Shown here piece by piece: positions 1 to 11,600 of a stretch of 57,728 bases of DNA (position 1 is its first letter; each line of letters starts with the position of its first letter). Origin of the DNA: Pelomyxa schiedti (lineage: Eukaryota > Protista > Evosea); NCBI GenBank assembly GCA_020536535.1, contig JAHLWZ010000750.1, positions 1 through 57,728 of the forward strand, in the 5' to 3' direction. The notes below the pieces were generated by a model that ran no database searches, had not been told where the DNA came from, and was given only the letters and a program-made list of their open reading frames with translations. The position numbers were made by a program, and so were the translations under genes.

Positions 1-144
1 GATTTTGCTCTTGTTGTTTTGGTAATTTTCCTTCAATCAGTTCGGTGAAGGAAAAGCAGGGTGTGAGCTTTTGAAAAGGGATGGATGGAGGAGTAGGTGT
101 AGTTTTGGTTTGTGGATGTTGCAACTCATTTGATGAGTGGGTTG

Positions 145-786
145 TCAGGGGAAACAGAAGGGAGAGCCAAGCAGATAGCGCCCCTTTGATGGGAGAGTGA
201 CACTGAGCACAGTGACCCCTGTGAGTGGCTCCGTCACCCTCAGATCATTGCCTACAATGTAAAAAAGTAATCCAGCCTCTGTCTCAGGGCCACTGATGTA
301 GCCACTAGGCTGGGAAACCGTCAAGATTGGGCTTGTAAGTTCATTGCAATCCCAGATTTCACACAGCCAGCTGGTCCCATGCCCATGGTGAAAAGGAACA
401 ACCACAAACAGAGTTGCACTCAATCTGGAGATCTTCTGAATGTTGGCTACTTGTGGCAGAACAACCACGTCAGGCTCGTTCTCTGAAAACTGAATGCAGT
501 GACTGAAAGGCGTCTGATTCACTTTCCCAATGAAACACCTGAAACCGGCTCTGTACATCACAATAACAGTGGTGACAACACTTCCTTTGTCCACCTTGAT
601 GCTTGTTTCACTGCACAAACACAGTGACCGGGAACTGAATGACCTCTCAACATCAATCACTGCGAACACATATTTATCAGGTGAGTGGAGATCTCTCACC
701 ACGGCAACAAGCTCATTCACTGCTGACTTGTTGAACACAAGGGCTTCTACTCGGTAATTCGCATCAGGGTAATCAAGCCTGACAAC
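145..786 (-). pseudogene. 3' half of an HPRCG-family gene (duplicated fragment, part of a chimera)
   Basis: 477-786 is near-identical to 15774-16083. It encodes the family C-terminus (CEIWDCN...LRVTEPLTG...PFCFP*) but lacks the N-terminal HPRCG motif. Confidence 0.75.
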
Positions 787-1118
787 GCACCTGAGAGTGG
801 TCCTGATGTCCTGCCCTGTACACACCGTGACGCAAACGTTGCCTTTCCCACGTTTGCCTCCCCAATCGGAGCCAAGGCTATCTCCCACTCCCATTGTTGT
901 TCTTGTTGTTGTTCTTGTTCTTGTTCCTGTGGTGGTTTGGTGGTGGTGGTGATACTGGTGCTACTACTAGTCACTGATGACGGGGATGATGGTGATGGCG
1001 ACGGTGGTTGTGAGGGGTGACGTGACATGTCAACGTATCGTGACAACTTGTGCTGCTGTTGTGCAGTCACAGATGATGATGCCGTGGTTGTTGATGCCAT
1101 TGTGTCCAGTGCTGGTTG
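782..1118 (-). pseudogene. Duplicated first exon of the atypical Ras-family gene
   Basis: Near-identical to 17637-17955 (MASTTTASSS...GEANVGKATFASR), differing in QEQ microsatellite length and a few SNPs. Truncated a few nt into intron 1. Confidence 0.8.
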
Positions 1119-1149
1119 ATGCCTTCACTGTTTCGTCGCTCTCTGTGTT

Positions 1150-1520
1150 TGTTAAACAGCATCTCCACATTTCACTTGTGTGAATGTGCCTTCAAACATG
1201 TCACCATTTGGCACACCACCCTCCCACAACCCCGCAAATGATGACCCATCCTTGGACCACGTCTTTGTCCCTTCACCGTGCTCCTTTCCTCCCACCCACT
1301 GGCCTGTCACCATTTGCCCACAGCCTCACTCCCCTACCGTGAGACACATCACCCTTCCACTCCCCAATGTAGCTCCCACCCCCGTGGCTGTTGTCACCAA
1401 ACAGCATCCTCCCAGTGCCACTTGAAACCCCGTGATCAAACTGGCCATGGTAGATGTCGCCCGATCCATCAAGTGACCTCCACGTCCCTGTACCACTCAC
1501 CCTCATACACCGTCACCATT
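1150..1520 (-). pseudogene. MORN-repeat gene remnant
   Basis: MORN motifs YEGEWYRD, YHGQFDHGVSSGTG, YIGEWKGDVSHGRG, QWVGGKEHGEG, FAGLWEGG and FEGTF lie in different frames, separated by small deletions and frameshifts. Confidence 0.75.
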
Positions 1521-1952
1521 GTGTTGTCATTGAATTAATTGGAATCTGGTATTCACGGCATTGAGGCGTGCATTTCCGGAAATGTGCAGGCAGGTAGCAC
1601 GCTCTGCAATTGAGTGGTTAGTGGCGTGGAAATGTGTGGAGAGGATTCGTACAATGTCCGGCAAAATAATGTTAATGTTAGCCACTATTAACAGCGGAAA
1701 CAAATCCACCATCTTAAATAATTAAAATCTCTCAGTGCATAGAATCAACTTCAACCCGCAGTGTTGTCATATGTATTGGAATTAATATATATATATTGGA
1801 TATTGGATAGAAAATATTAATATTCTTGGTTTGGGTGAATTCAACCACAAAAAAGTTCATGGTGGTCCGTCACCTGAATTTATATTTCCGGCAGGGAATC
1901 CCAGGATGAAGACTATCTCAGAATTATTATTGTCATCAAATCGGACCTATGT

Positions 1953-3340
1953 TCAAGTCAACAGAAGCAAAGTCGTGAGAACATAGCCTATCATTGCTAA
2001 GCATACATAGCCAATGTGATGAGAGCTCTGAGATATGGCCATCTCGACAGAGTCGCATTCTAAGCCCGGCACTTTTGTGGAAGTATTTCCGGCATTGCTG
2101 CGGAACTTGGATGCATATGCTTCATCTTGCTGTGGGATATTAGAATGTAAACGATGAGAATCATCCATACAAGTCATCTGACAAGCATTCATCTCAGCGC
2201 GGTAATGCTTGCTATTTATGCAACTTTGAAGCTCGGGAATCTTCAAGCCATGTCGCTATTTGTTCTCAACCCAGAATTTTGGAGGAAATATTTCCGGCAT
2301 GGAAGCGGTTGATTCCAGCACACTCGATGCATGCATTTTGTAAACGGGATCAGGATATACGACATCTCACAAGCATTCAGAGAAGCCCAGCACTCTGTCT
2401 GTGTGGCACACTGACCAGATGCAAAGTTATGTATCGATTCATAGAATCGGTTTGTTAAGCCTAACAAATCATTAGTTAGTCATTTTGATCTTAAAAAGTT
2501 TTATCCGTTCAACTGGAGCTGAGCTTAGAACGGCAATGTAACATGAGAGGATAGTTATCCTGAATGAGAGCCTACAGACAACAATATTATTAGTCTTGGG
2601 CCACCCGTCAATAATGGCAAGAAGCAGAGTTGATATTACGATGGATGTTTTAAGCGGAAACAAGCAAGCTTTGACCTTTCCTTCATGAGTAGTAGTTATC
2701 CACGTTGAATTGGAGGATTACCTGGCAGCTGGATAACTTCATACTGACCACGAACTCAGGAAAACTGAAACCAAGGATCATTCCCCAAATTGAGGAATGA
2801 TGCAGCACAAGTCTTGCTTTTCGAAGCAGTAGTTAATGCTATTGTGGGATTGTTGACTCTACGAGTTAAAAATGTGAGGAATGCTAACCTGGTGTTTTGT
2901 TTGCACTCTGTCTCGGTGCACACGATCAGCTGATCGCCGACTCACCTGTAATTCAGAAAGACCAGATTTGCAGAAGTGCGCCAAGCAATGAAATTGCTGA
3001 GAATTATGAGTCGTTTCAGAAGAAGAGGTTGGAGCAAGCATAGAGAGAGAGCTCACCTTTTGAACTTATTTCGCAGGTCTGCCTGTTATAAAAAAAAGGC
3101 ACGAATTCAAATATGTTGGACATGAGCACTGCACACAGAGGATCGGTCCCACTGTCCCAACACCAGCTTGGCACCACCACCCGGTACTTCCACACAGCGA
3201 CGCCATCAACCGGCATACATACGATGGGACCATTTTCCCGCCCACTCCACCCACCACACACACACACATCGAAAACGTAAGACCAGGTGGAGGGGCTTAT
3301 AACGTAGAAACGGAAAATATCCGAGCTGCGGTAGAGTGTG
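1953..3340 (-). other. Possible degenerate multi-exon gene (Cys-containing internal repeat, hydrophobic C-tail)
   Basis: Two related segments (LNACEM..HAGNISSK and MNACQM..NAGNTSTK) and a terminal hydrophobic stretch IGYVCLAMIGYVLTTLLLLT*. I could not build a clean gene model. Confidence 0.25.
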
Positions 3341-3406
3341 TGGCTTTGTTTTTTGGAATGCTTTGTTCTCGTTCCTTCCTTTTGTTTTCCTGACACACCA
3401 CATCAA

Positions 3407-5550
3407 CTACAAGTGAACTTTGCCCTTGATGAAGGAGCGACAATCAGGGCACTTCTTCATGACTGCTGCACACTGTGTGTGTGGGTTGTGTGGTTATTGT
3501 GTGCTGTTAGTGAAGAAAAAAACACACAGACCTGAGAGCACAGGACAACGTGGCCACAAGGCTGCAACTGCACGTCTGGAGGCCTCTCTTCACATTCCAC
3601 GCAAACGTTGCTCTCATTGCTGTTGTGATTATTTTGACATGATGAAAACGATGATGTGGCAGCGCATCCTGAAAGCGTCGTTCCTGCTCCTTCTGTTGTT
3701 GCCATTGACGACCCTGGTTGTTGTTGCTGGCCAGATGATGTTGCCTTGCAAACCATGAGATCCACGATCGCTTGTTGAGCCTGAGGGAGCAACTCAGAGA
3801 GCATCGACCACACACCAGGAATCCCAATGAACCTCTCATCACCCTCTAAACCTCGCTGAAGCATCCACTTGCTCTTGTGTTCCCTCTGAAGCTCTGAACA
3901 TTCTCTCTGCATCTCCTGGATTGCCTTGTGGAGTGTGCCTCCAAGTGTTTCCTGCTCTGACAGCTCCTTGGACAGCACCGTGTGTTTGCCAGCGAGCTTT
4001 GTGCACTCATCAAATCTGCATGATTGGAGCTGTGCCAGTGTGTCTGTGAGTGTGCACAGCACCTGTAACGGTGTGAATGGGTTATCATCATCTTGGTGTG
4101 GCTTGAGAGGCACAATCAAAGGCTCCAGGAGTCTCTCGTCAACTGGTTCACATCCTGTTTGTATTGAACACCCCAGTGAGTGTGTTTGAATGAATTTTTT
4201 AGTTACTACCTTCTGTGACAGTGATGATGCTCTTCTCTGCCATCATGCCCTTCATTCCCCACATCTTTGTCAATGACGAGATTTTCCTGGAGCACTCCTG
4301 AATCTCTGCTTCACTGTTCCAAACCGTAAGATTTTTTCCAAGGATCTTCTTGCAGGCTGAATCTGATTCGTTGAGTTTCGTCACAAGTGTGCCCTTCAGG
4401 CCTGAGAGTTTCTGCAGGTGAGAGGCCAGTTCCTCATTGTGTTTGGTGCCTCCCTCAAGGTTTCTGTCAAGCTTTTCCAGTGACTCCTGAAGCAAGAGAA
4501 ATTGCGGTGCCGATTTCTTCAACTGAGTCTGGAAGAGTGAGGCCAACCTGAAAGCCTCATTCAATTCAGGCATTGTTGTTGCTGTTTTTGGTCCCATTGA
4601 ATTGGACTGTTCTGTGTTGTGCTTGGCCTCCAGTTCAATTTTCTCTTTCCTCGTGCTCTTTTTTTTGTGGTGTTCGAATGAATGTCAAATACCCACCTCA
4701 AAAGATGAGAGACAACAAACAAACTTGTTGATTTTGCTCAAGTTGACTCAATGATGATGCCATTGCTGACAACGCCTGGTTCAGTTCACTCCTCTCTTTC
4801 TCCAACTGTCTGATTCTGATATTGTAATTGTCCTTAAAGAGTTGTGTGTGTGTGTTTTCATTTTTTTGAGTGTTCAAGTTGAAATGGCATCCTTACATCC
4901 ACTTGTTGGTGTGTCTTCAGCAGCCACTGCTCGTATTTGTCATGACCACCCATGACCTCGTCCACATGTGCCTGGCTCTCCTTGTTGACTGTGCCACCAC
5001 GTGCCGCAATCATCTGTGCCACCTCCATGTTCCCACGAATCAGAGCCACAGCCAGTGGTGCACTTGGTGGAAAAAACCCCACCCTGTTCACGTCAGTGTC
5101 AGGGTGCCCCAGCAGCAGCCTCGCCACCCCTGCACACCCTTCCCAGCTGGCCCAACGCAATGGGTCGCACTTGTTTGGGTCGACACCAACCACACCCAAC
5201 AGTTCCCTCACCACGTCCTCTCTGCCCTCGAAGCATGCACACCACAGTGGCGTCCCACCACCCAACATCCACGAGGTATCCCAGTTGACGTCGGAGTATG
5301 GTTGGTGTGGTGGCGGTGGTGACGTCAGCAGCAGGCGGACAACCGCGGCGCTGCCCGCCTCGTGCAGCAGCGTCGTGTGGTGGTGGATCAGCGTGTCTTG
5401 TTGTTCATCATACTTGCCGTTGATGTCGATGGTGGTGGGGGGGTTGCGTGCGAGGATGTCGCGGGTGGCCTCGGCGTCGCCACAACGAACGGCCTGCAAC
5501 AGCTGTGCCTCGATCGCTGCTCGATGTATCGTGTTGTTGCCTGAAGACAT
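3407..5550 (-). CDS. Ankyrin-repeat / coiled-coil / C-terminal RING (C3HC4-like) protein, copy 1 (multi-exon)
   Basis: Ankyrin motifs (TLLHEAG, GTPLWCAC, PLRWAS, APLAVAL) and coiled-coil exons. The RING CVECEERPPDVQLQPCGHVVLCSQ|CAAVMKKCPDCR is completed across a GT-AG intron. TAG at 3407-3409. Confidence 0.8.
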
Positions 5551-6107
5551 TTTCCTGCTGCAGGTGGTGGTATTGCGGGAAAAAAACGAACAAAAAGGAG
5601 GTGTACCACTGTGCTGAGGTGAATTTGTTGCACTGGATAGCGGGAAAGTGACGACTTCCCGAAAAAGGGAATCTCGGCCCTGGAATGGCACATGCAGCTG
5701 TGCTGTGGCTCCACTGAATACTCGGAATTCCTGAGAACCAGGGCTTATAAGCGACACCCGCTTTCACCTCAAACTGCGATTCACCCCTCAGGGGCAAAAC
5801 CCCCAGAGGAAAGTGACAGAAAACTTTATTCACATCGTGGACAGAAAACAAGACCAAGTGGTGGGGCTTAGCTGAGTACCCCTTGTTATGGGGTACAGAA
5901 CCGCACTACTTGAAGCTGTGGGAAACCACCACCAGAGGGAGAACGAAGCCAGCCATGATCAGATGTGTTTTCTGTGAATGTACGCCAAATTGGGGCTGGT
6001 TCTCCCACCCGCAACCGAACTACGTACTAACTAGCTAAAACTAAGTGGTACAGAACAGCTACTACTTGCTTTAAAACATAAAAAAGAACTTTCACTTCAA
6101 ACTGGGC

Positions 6108-8625
6108 TTAAGGTATTTGGATTTTTGCTTTGATTTGTACACGGCAGTGAGGGCACTTCTTCACAGTTGATCCACACTTGTTTTTTTGTTTTGTTTTTGT
6201 TTCAGTATTAAAAAAAATGACACAGAAAATAAATAAATAAAATAAATTTACATGGCAAAGCATACCTGAGAGCACAGCACAACGTGGCCGCAAGGCTGGA
6301 ATTGCATGTTTGGTGGCCTCTCATCACACTCAATGCACACCATAACCATAACCGTGTCACTGTGACTGGTTGTTGATGGTGGCACATCAGGTGGTGAGGA
6401 TGTGCACCCTGCTGTTGGTGTTGACTGGTTGTTGCTGTTGCTGTCGCTGTTGCTGCTGCTGTTGCTGTTGCTGTTGGTTCCGAGGCATGAAGAAGCCTTG
6501 GAAAGGCTCAACTCCACGATGGCGTGTTGAGCCTGAGGGAGCAACTCAGAGAGCATTGACCGCACATCAGGCACCCCAATGAACTGCTCATCACCCTCCA
6601 GACCTCGTTGAACCATCAACTTGGTCTTGTGCTCTCTCCTCAGCTCTGAACATTCTCTCTGAGTTTCCTTGATAGCCTTGTGGAGTGTGCTTCCAAGTGT
6701 TTCCTGCTCTGACAGCTCCTTTGACAGCACTGTGTGTTTGTCAGCCAGCTTTGTGCACTCGTCAAATCTGCATGATTGGAGCTGTGCCAGTGTGTCAGTG
6801 AGTGTGCACAGCACCTGAAACGGTGGTGTGAGTTGGTAATCGTCTTGTGGTTTGACAGGCACAATCAAAGGCTCCAGGAGTCTCTCATCAACTGGTTCAC
6901 ATTCTGTTTTGTTTTTTTAAGTTAAAATGGGTTTTGAAAAGTGTGTAATGCTGTGTGCATTGCGTGACTGTTGGAATTTGTTTTTCTTTTTTTACCTTCT
7001 GTGAGGGCAATGATGTTCTTCTCTGCCATCAAGCCCTTCATTCCCCACATCTTTGTCAATGACGAGATGTTCCTGGAGCACTCCTGAATCTCTGCTTCAC
7101 TGTTCCAAACTGTCAGATTTTTTCCAAGGATCTTCTTGCACGCCGCATCTGATTTGTTGAGTTTCCTCGCAAGTGTACACTTCAGGCCTGAGAGTTGCTG
7201 CAGCTGAGAGGCCAGTTCCTCATTGTGTTTGGTGGCTCCCTCAAGTTTTATTCTCAGCTTTTCCAGTGACTCCCCAAGCAAGATGAACTGTGGTGCTGAT
7301 TTCTTCAACTGATTCTGGAACAGTGTGGCCAATCTGAAAGCTTCATTCAGTTCAGGAAACGTTGTTGCTGTTTTTGGGCCGATTGAGTTGGACTCTTCTT
7401 GTTGTTGTTCTTGCACTTGTCTCAGCTTTTTGTTCATCTGGTTGAGCTCCTCGGTGTGCTGCTCATTGAGTATCTTTGTCGCTTGCTTGAAAAAGAAAGA
7501 GTGTGAGTGAGATGGAGCATTGATCATGGTGAGTCAAACACACACACCTCCCACTCTTTTTTGGCTGAATTATGTTTTTTCTCCAGCAGAATTGTTTCTC
7601 TTGTGTGTTCTGATTTCAGTTTCTATTTTTGTTATTTTATTTGTGCAAAATGCAACAGTCAGACCTCACACTCGTTTATGGCAGCTTTCAGTTCACTGTT
7701 GTGTTTTGACTCCAGGTCACTTTTCTCTTTTGTGAGCTCTTTCCTCATGATCTTTTTTGTGGTGTGTCTGAATTTCAAAAACTCCACCCCAAAGATGAGA
7801 GACAACAAACAAACTTGTTGAGTGTGCTCACGTTGAGTCAATGATGATGCCATTGCCGACAACTTTGTGTTCAGTTCCCTCACTTCTTCTTCCAACTGTT
7901 TTATTCGGAGCTTGTCCTTGGCCTTAAAGAGTTGTGTGTGCGTTTTCATTTTTGGTGGGTTTAGGTTATCGAAGTGAGATCCTTACTTCCACTTGTGGGT
8001 GCGCATTCTGCTGCAGCCACCGCTCATATTTGTCATGCCCACCCATGGCCTTATCCACTTTGTACTGGGTCTCTTCATTTACTGTGCCACCACGCACCAC
8101 AAGTATACGTGCCACCTCCATGTGGCCATGAATCAGAGCTTCAGCAAGGGGGGTACCGTATGTATCACAGGAAGGTGAAGGTTCTACAAGGTTTACATCA
8201 GTGTGAGGGTGCCCAAGGAGCAGTCTCACAACCCCTACATGCCCTTCCCTGCTGGCCACCCACAAGGGGTAACCCTTGTTTGGGTCAATACCTACCACAC
8301 CCAGCAGTTCCCTCACCACATCCCCTTTGTCGTGGCTGCATGCCACCGACAGTGGCGTCCGACCATAAACCACCCTGTTGACGTCGGTGTATGGTCGGTG
8401 CGGTGGCGGCGGTGACGTCAGCAGCAGGCGAACAACTGAGGCGCTGCCCGCCTCGTGCAGCAGCGTGTTGCCTCCAAACGTGCCTGGCCTGGTGAAAAGG
8501 CCGTTGATGTCGATGGTGGGGTTGTGCGCTAGAACTTTGAATGTGGTTTCGGCGTTGCCGCAACTAACGGCCGACAACAGCTCGTCTTCGGGCCTCCGCG
8601 ACGTACCGAAATCGCTGTAAAACAT
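6108..8625 (-). CDS. Ankyrin-repeat / coiled-coil / RING protein, copy 2 (multi-exon)
   Basis: Tandem paralog of 3407-5550 with matching exon order. RING CIECDERPPNMQFQPCGHVVLCSQ|CGSTVKKCPHCR. Carries an extra ~300-bp coiled-coil segment (~7395-7690). Confidence 0.8.
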
Positions 8626-8656
8626 CTTCTCAAAACCCCTAAAAAAAACAAATTTG

Positions 8657-11600
8657 TTAAAAATGTTTTTTAATTTTTTTTAGGGGTGGTTTGTGGTAAT
8701 GAATGTGGGCTAGTGTTGTCACGTTGTCAGGGGGCGAGAACATTGTCCAGTGGTCACCCGGAGTCGTCGCGCTGCTGAGTGACAGCGTTGCCCTGCCCTT
8801 GTCCTCCGGCTGCGGCGGCCTGTTCGACAGCCTCGTCAGCGTGTTGGTCCACGACTTGGGCGCCGTGTCGAGCTGCAGCAGTGACTTGACGAACTCGTCG
8901 TTGTTGGAGGCCCACACTGTAAGAACCGGAACATTCCACAGTTCAAGGCTGGAAGATGATGATTCCGGCGTTCCGGTTGATGATTCTGATGATTCTGAGG
9001 ATTCGGATTGGAGGAGCAGGCTGTCGACTAGGGGTAGTGCCTGGTCGGTGAGGTGGATGTCCTGCATCTCAACAACGGCAGAAGCAACAACCTGCAGTTG
9101 CCCATAATCTGAAACTGAAAGGCCAACGAAGAGTCCAGTCTTAGAGCCTGCCAACATGGATGCAGGGTGCCCTGAATCTTCTAGTGCCTCCCAAGCCATC
9201 TGGTCAAAGTTAGAATAGCTAAATTTATGGGGAGAAAACCTCCATCATGAGTCGCTGTTGTGGATCTAGCCTCTCAGCTTCCCTAGGAGAAATACCCCAG
9301 AACTCCGCCTCAAACATATCAATGTCACTGATAAATCCTCCCCACTTAGAATTCATTTTCCCTTTCTTTTGCATATCGGCATCATAGAAAGCATGAACAT
9401 TGAATCTGAATTAGATTACAGGGTGCCTACACAGTTTGTAATTACCTAGATTGTGGTATTTCAGTTATGGCATCAACACCATTCTTAAGTAAACTCCAAT
9501 ATGAATCTGAGTCTGTGCATCCTCCAGGGAACCACAATGCAAAGCCAACAAGGGCAATAACCTCTGAGTCATCAGTTGGAGTAGAAGTAGTCCAGGTTGG
9601 AACCACTGGAAGTGTTTCCTTTTTTGGTGTATCAATCGAAAGAAAATGCCTAAGTATACTACCTTATGTGGTTGCATCAACTCAGCAAGATGTTTTGACA
9701 GTAATGAAATTGTTGGGAAATCGTATACTAAGGCGGGAGACACACGTACACCCAACCAGTCACTGAGCGCCGCTGTAATATTAACCACAACCATGGATTC
9801 TACTCCGAAATTGCGTAGCGGAGTATCAATATCAATGGCTGTTGGGGAGGACTGCAGAGCTTCTGCAAACTCAGCTGTGAGCCAATTTTGAATTTCCTCC
9901 TGAGTTTTCACAGGTTTTTTCTCTTCTTCTTCCGCAGCGGGCTCTTCTGCTTCAGGTTAGTCATAGCAAAACAATAAGTATCAACCTTTTTTAGGCAAAA
10001 GGCCAGAAACTACAGGTAAATCACCCACGTACTTTCCCCAGTCAACTCGTGCCACCAGGACTTGAGCAGGGGTCTTTGTTCCTGCCAGGTACCCAAGAGC
10101 TCGGAGTGTGTCTGCGACATTAAGTGTATATAAACCAACTTTGGCACTCATTTCTTCAGCTCGGGTGTCCTGTTCCAACCATTAATGCAGTGGAAACTCC
10201 AATAAAGATTACTTGTTTGTACTGAATAGAGAGCGCAGGCAGATGCAACTTCCGTCTGAACTGTGCCAATGCGTCAAGGAAGCAATTGGCTGCTGTGTAG
10301 TGTGCTTGGCCTCCTTCTATTGGCTCGTTAGCTATGCATTCGATAGTAATTGTAACACACGTGGAACTGCCGAAGCAAGGGACGAGAACAGGACAAAATG
10401 CTGTAAAGTGCTGACAGTTTGAGAGGCGAGATGCAAGTTCCAGCTACCAACAATTTTGCTGTCGAGAACGTTTTTAATAGACTCGGTGGTCAGATCTTGA
10501 ATTCGGGCTGCACCAAAAACCCCAGCAACGTGGAAGATTCCCATCAGGTTATTTGCCTTCTTGACCACAACAGAGAGCTGCTGAATATCCGAAACGTCAA
10601 CCTGAGCCACTTCAATTGATACTTCCCCATTTTTCCTCATCTTTTCAATTCTAAGAGCTGCCTCAGGTTTAGGGGCACTTCTTCCACACAATATTAAGGA
10701 TTTAGCTCCTTTCTCAGTTAACCAGTTGGCAATCTCAAGTCCAAATCCACCTTCATTCATCAGCAATAGTGAGTGAAAAGAAAAACTACTTAGCCCGCCA
10801 GTTATCATCAGATAAGTTCCTTTTGGGTCAACGGCAAGTGAAGACCACTTGGATGAATCAGATGTTGGAAGCAACTTCATTCTCTTCACTAACTTCTGGC
10901 CGTTCAACAATGCGACAGTTGATTCCTGTTTACGTTGGGTGAATCGAAAAGCCACTGTGCTAAAGTTGTGCACCATAGAACTTTCAATAGTGGAATTACT
11001 TATTTCCTTAGCAAGCAGAGGAATGTCAGCCTGTGACGAGATATCCACAACAGTTGGTTTCATCTGGGGAAACTCAAAGGCAGCGGTTTCAAAAATCCCC
11101 TTGATAGGAGATTGGAAAGGATTCATGTTCATAGCGTTTCCCACGCCTGATGTAAAACTCAGAGGCTTGGGGAAACTACTATGGCAACTTACCAAAACAG
11201 GCATGCGTAATCACCCAGAATTTAGTTTTGCAGGGAGAGGTCTTATTTAGCGCTTGTAGAAGCCTAACAGGACCCAAAACTGTCGTAGAACAATCACACT
11301 CTGATGAAAGATTGCTCCAGCAGTACACAAAGCCAGAGATATCCTGGGAAAAAGGTAACAGGGGAAAAGGAGGGATATAAAAAAAACTTTTGGAAGTTCG
11401 TCTGCCAGCGCTGCAAGACTCTCGGCTGAAGTAGACGAGGTGAAGGAGTCCTTCCCAGTGCGAGAGAAAGAGGAACCAAGTTCAACATGCACAATATTGT
11501 GTTGCTTGAGATGCTGAAGAAGGGACTCAGAAATAGAGAACCGTGTTGGTGTTTCGTTGGTCATATGATCATGGAAGAGGACAAGAGTAAGCTTATCATT

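Noticed and set aside
5876-6070. Small hairpin gtacccc-ttgttat-ggggtac and a loose ~25-bp direct repeat (ggtacagaac...ctacttg)
   Set aside because: Too short to distinguish from chance, with no supporting context.
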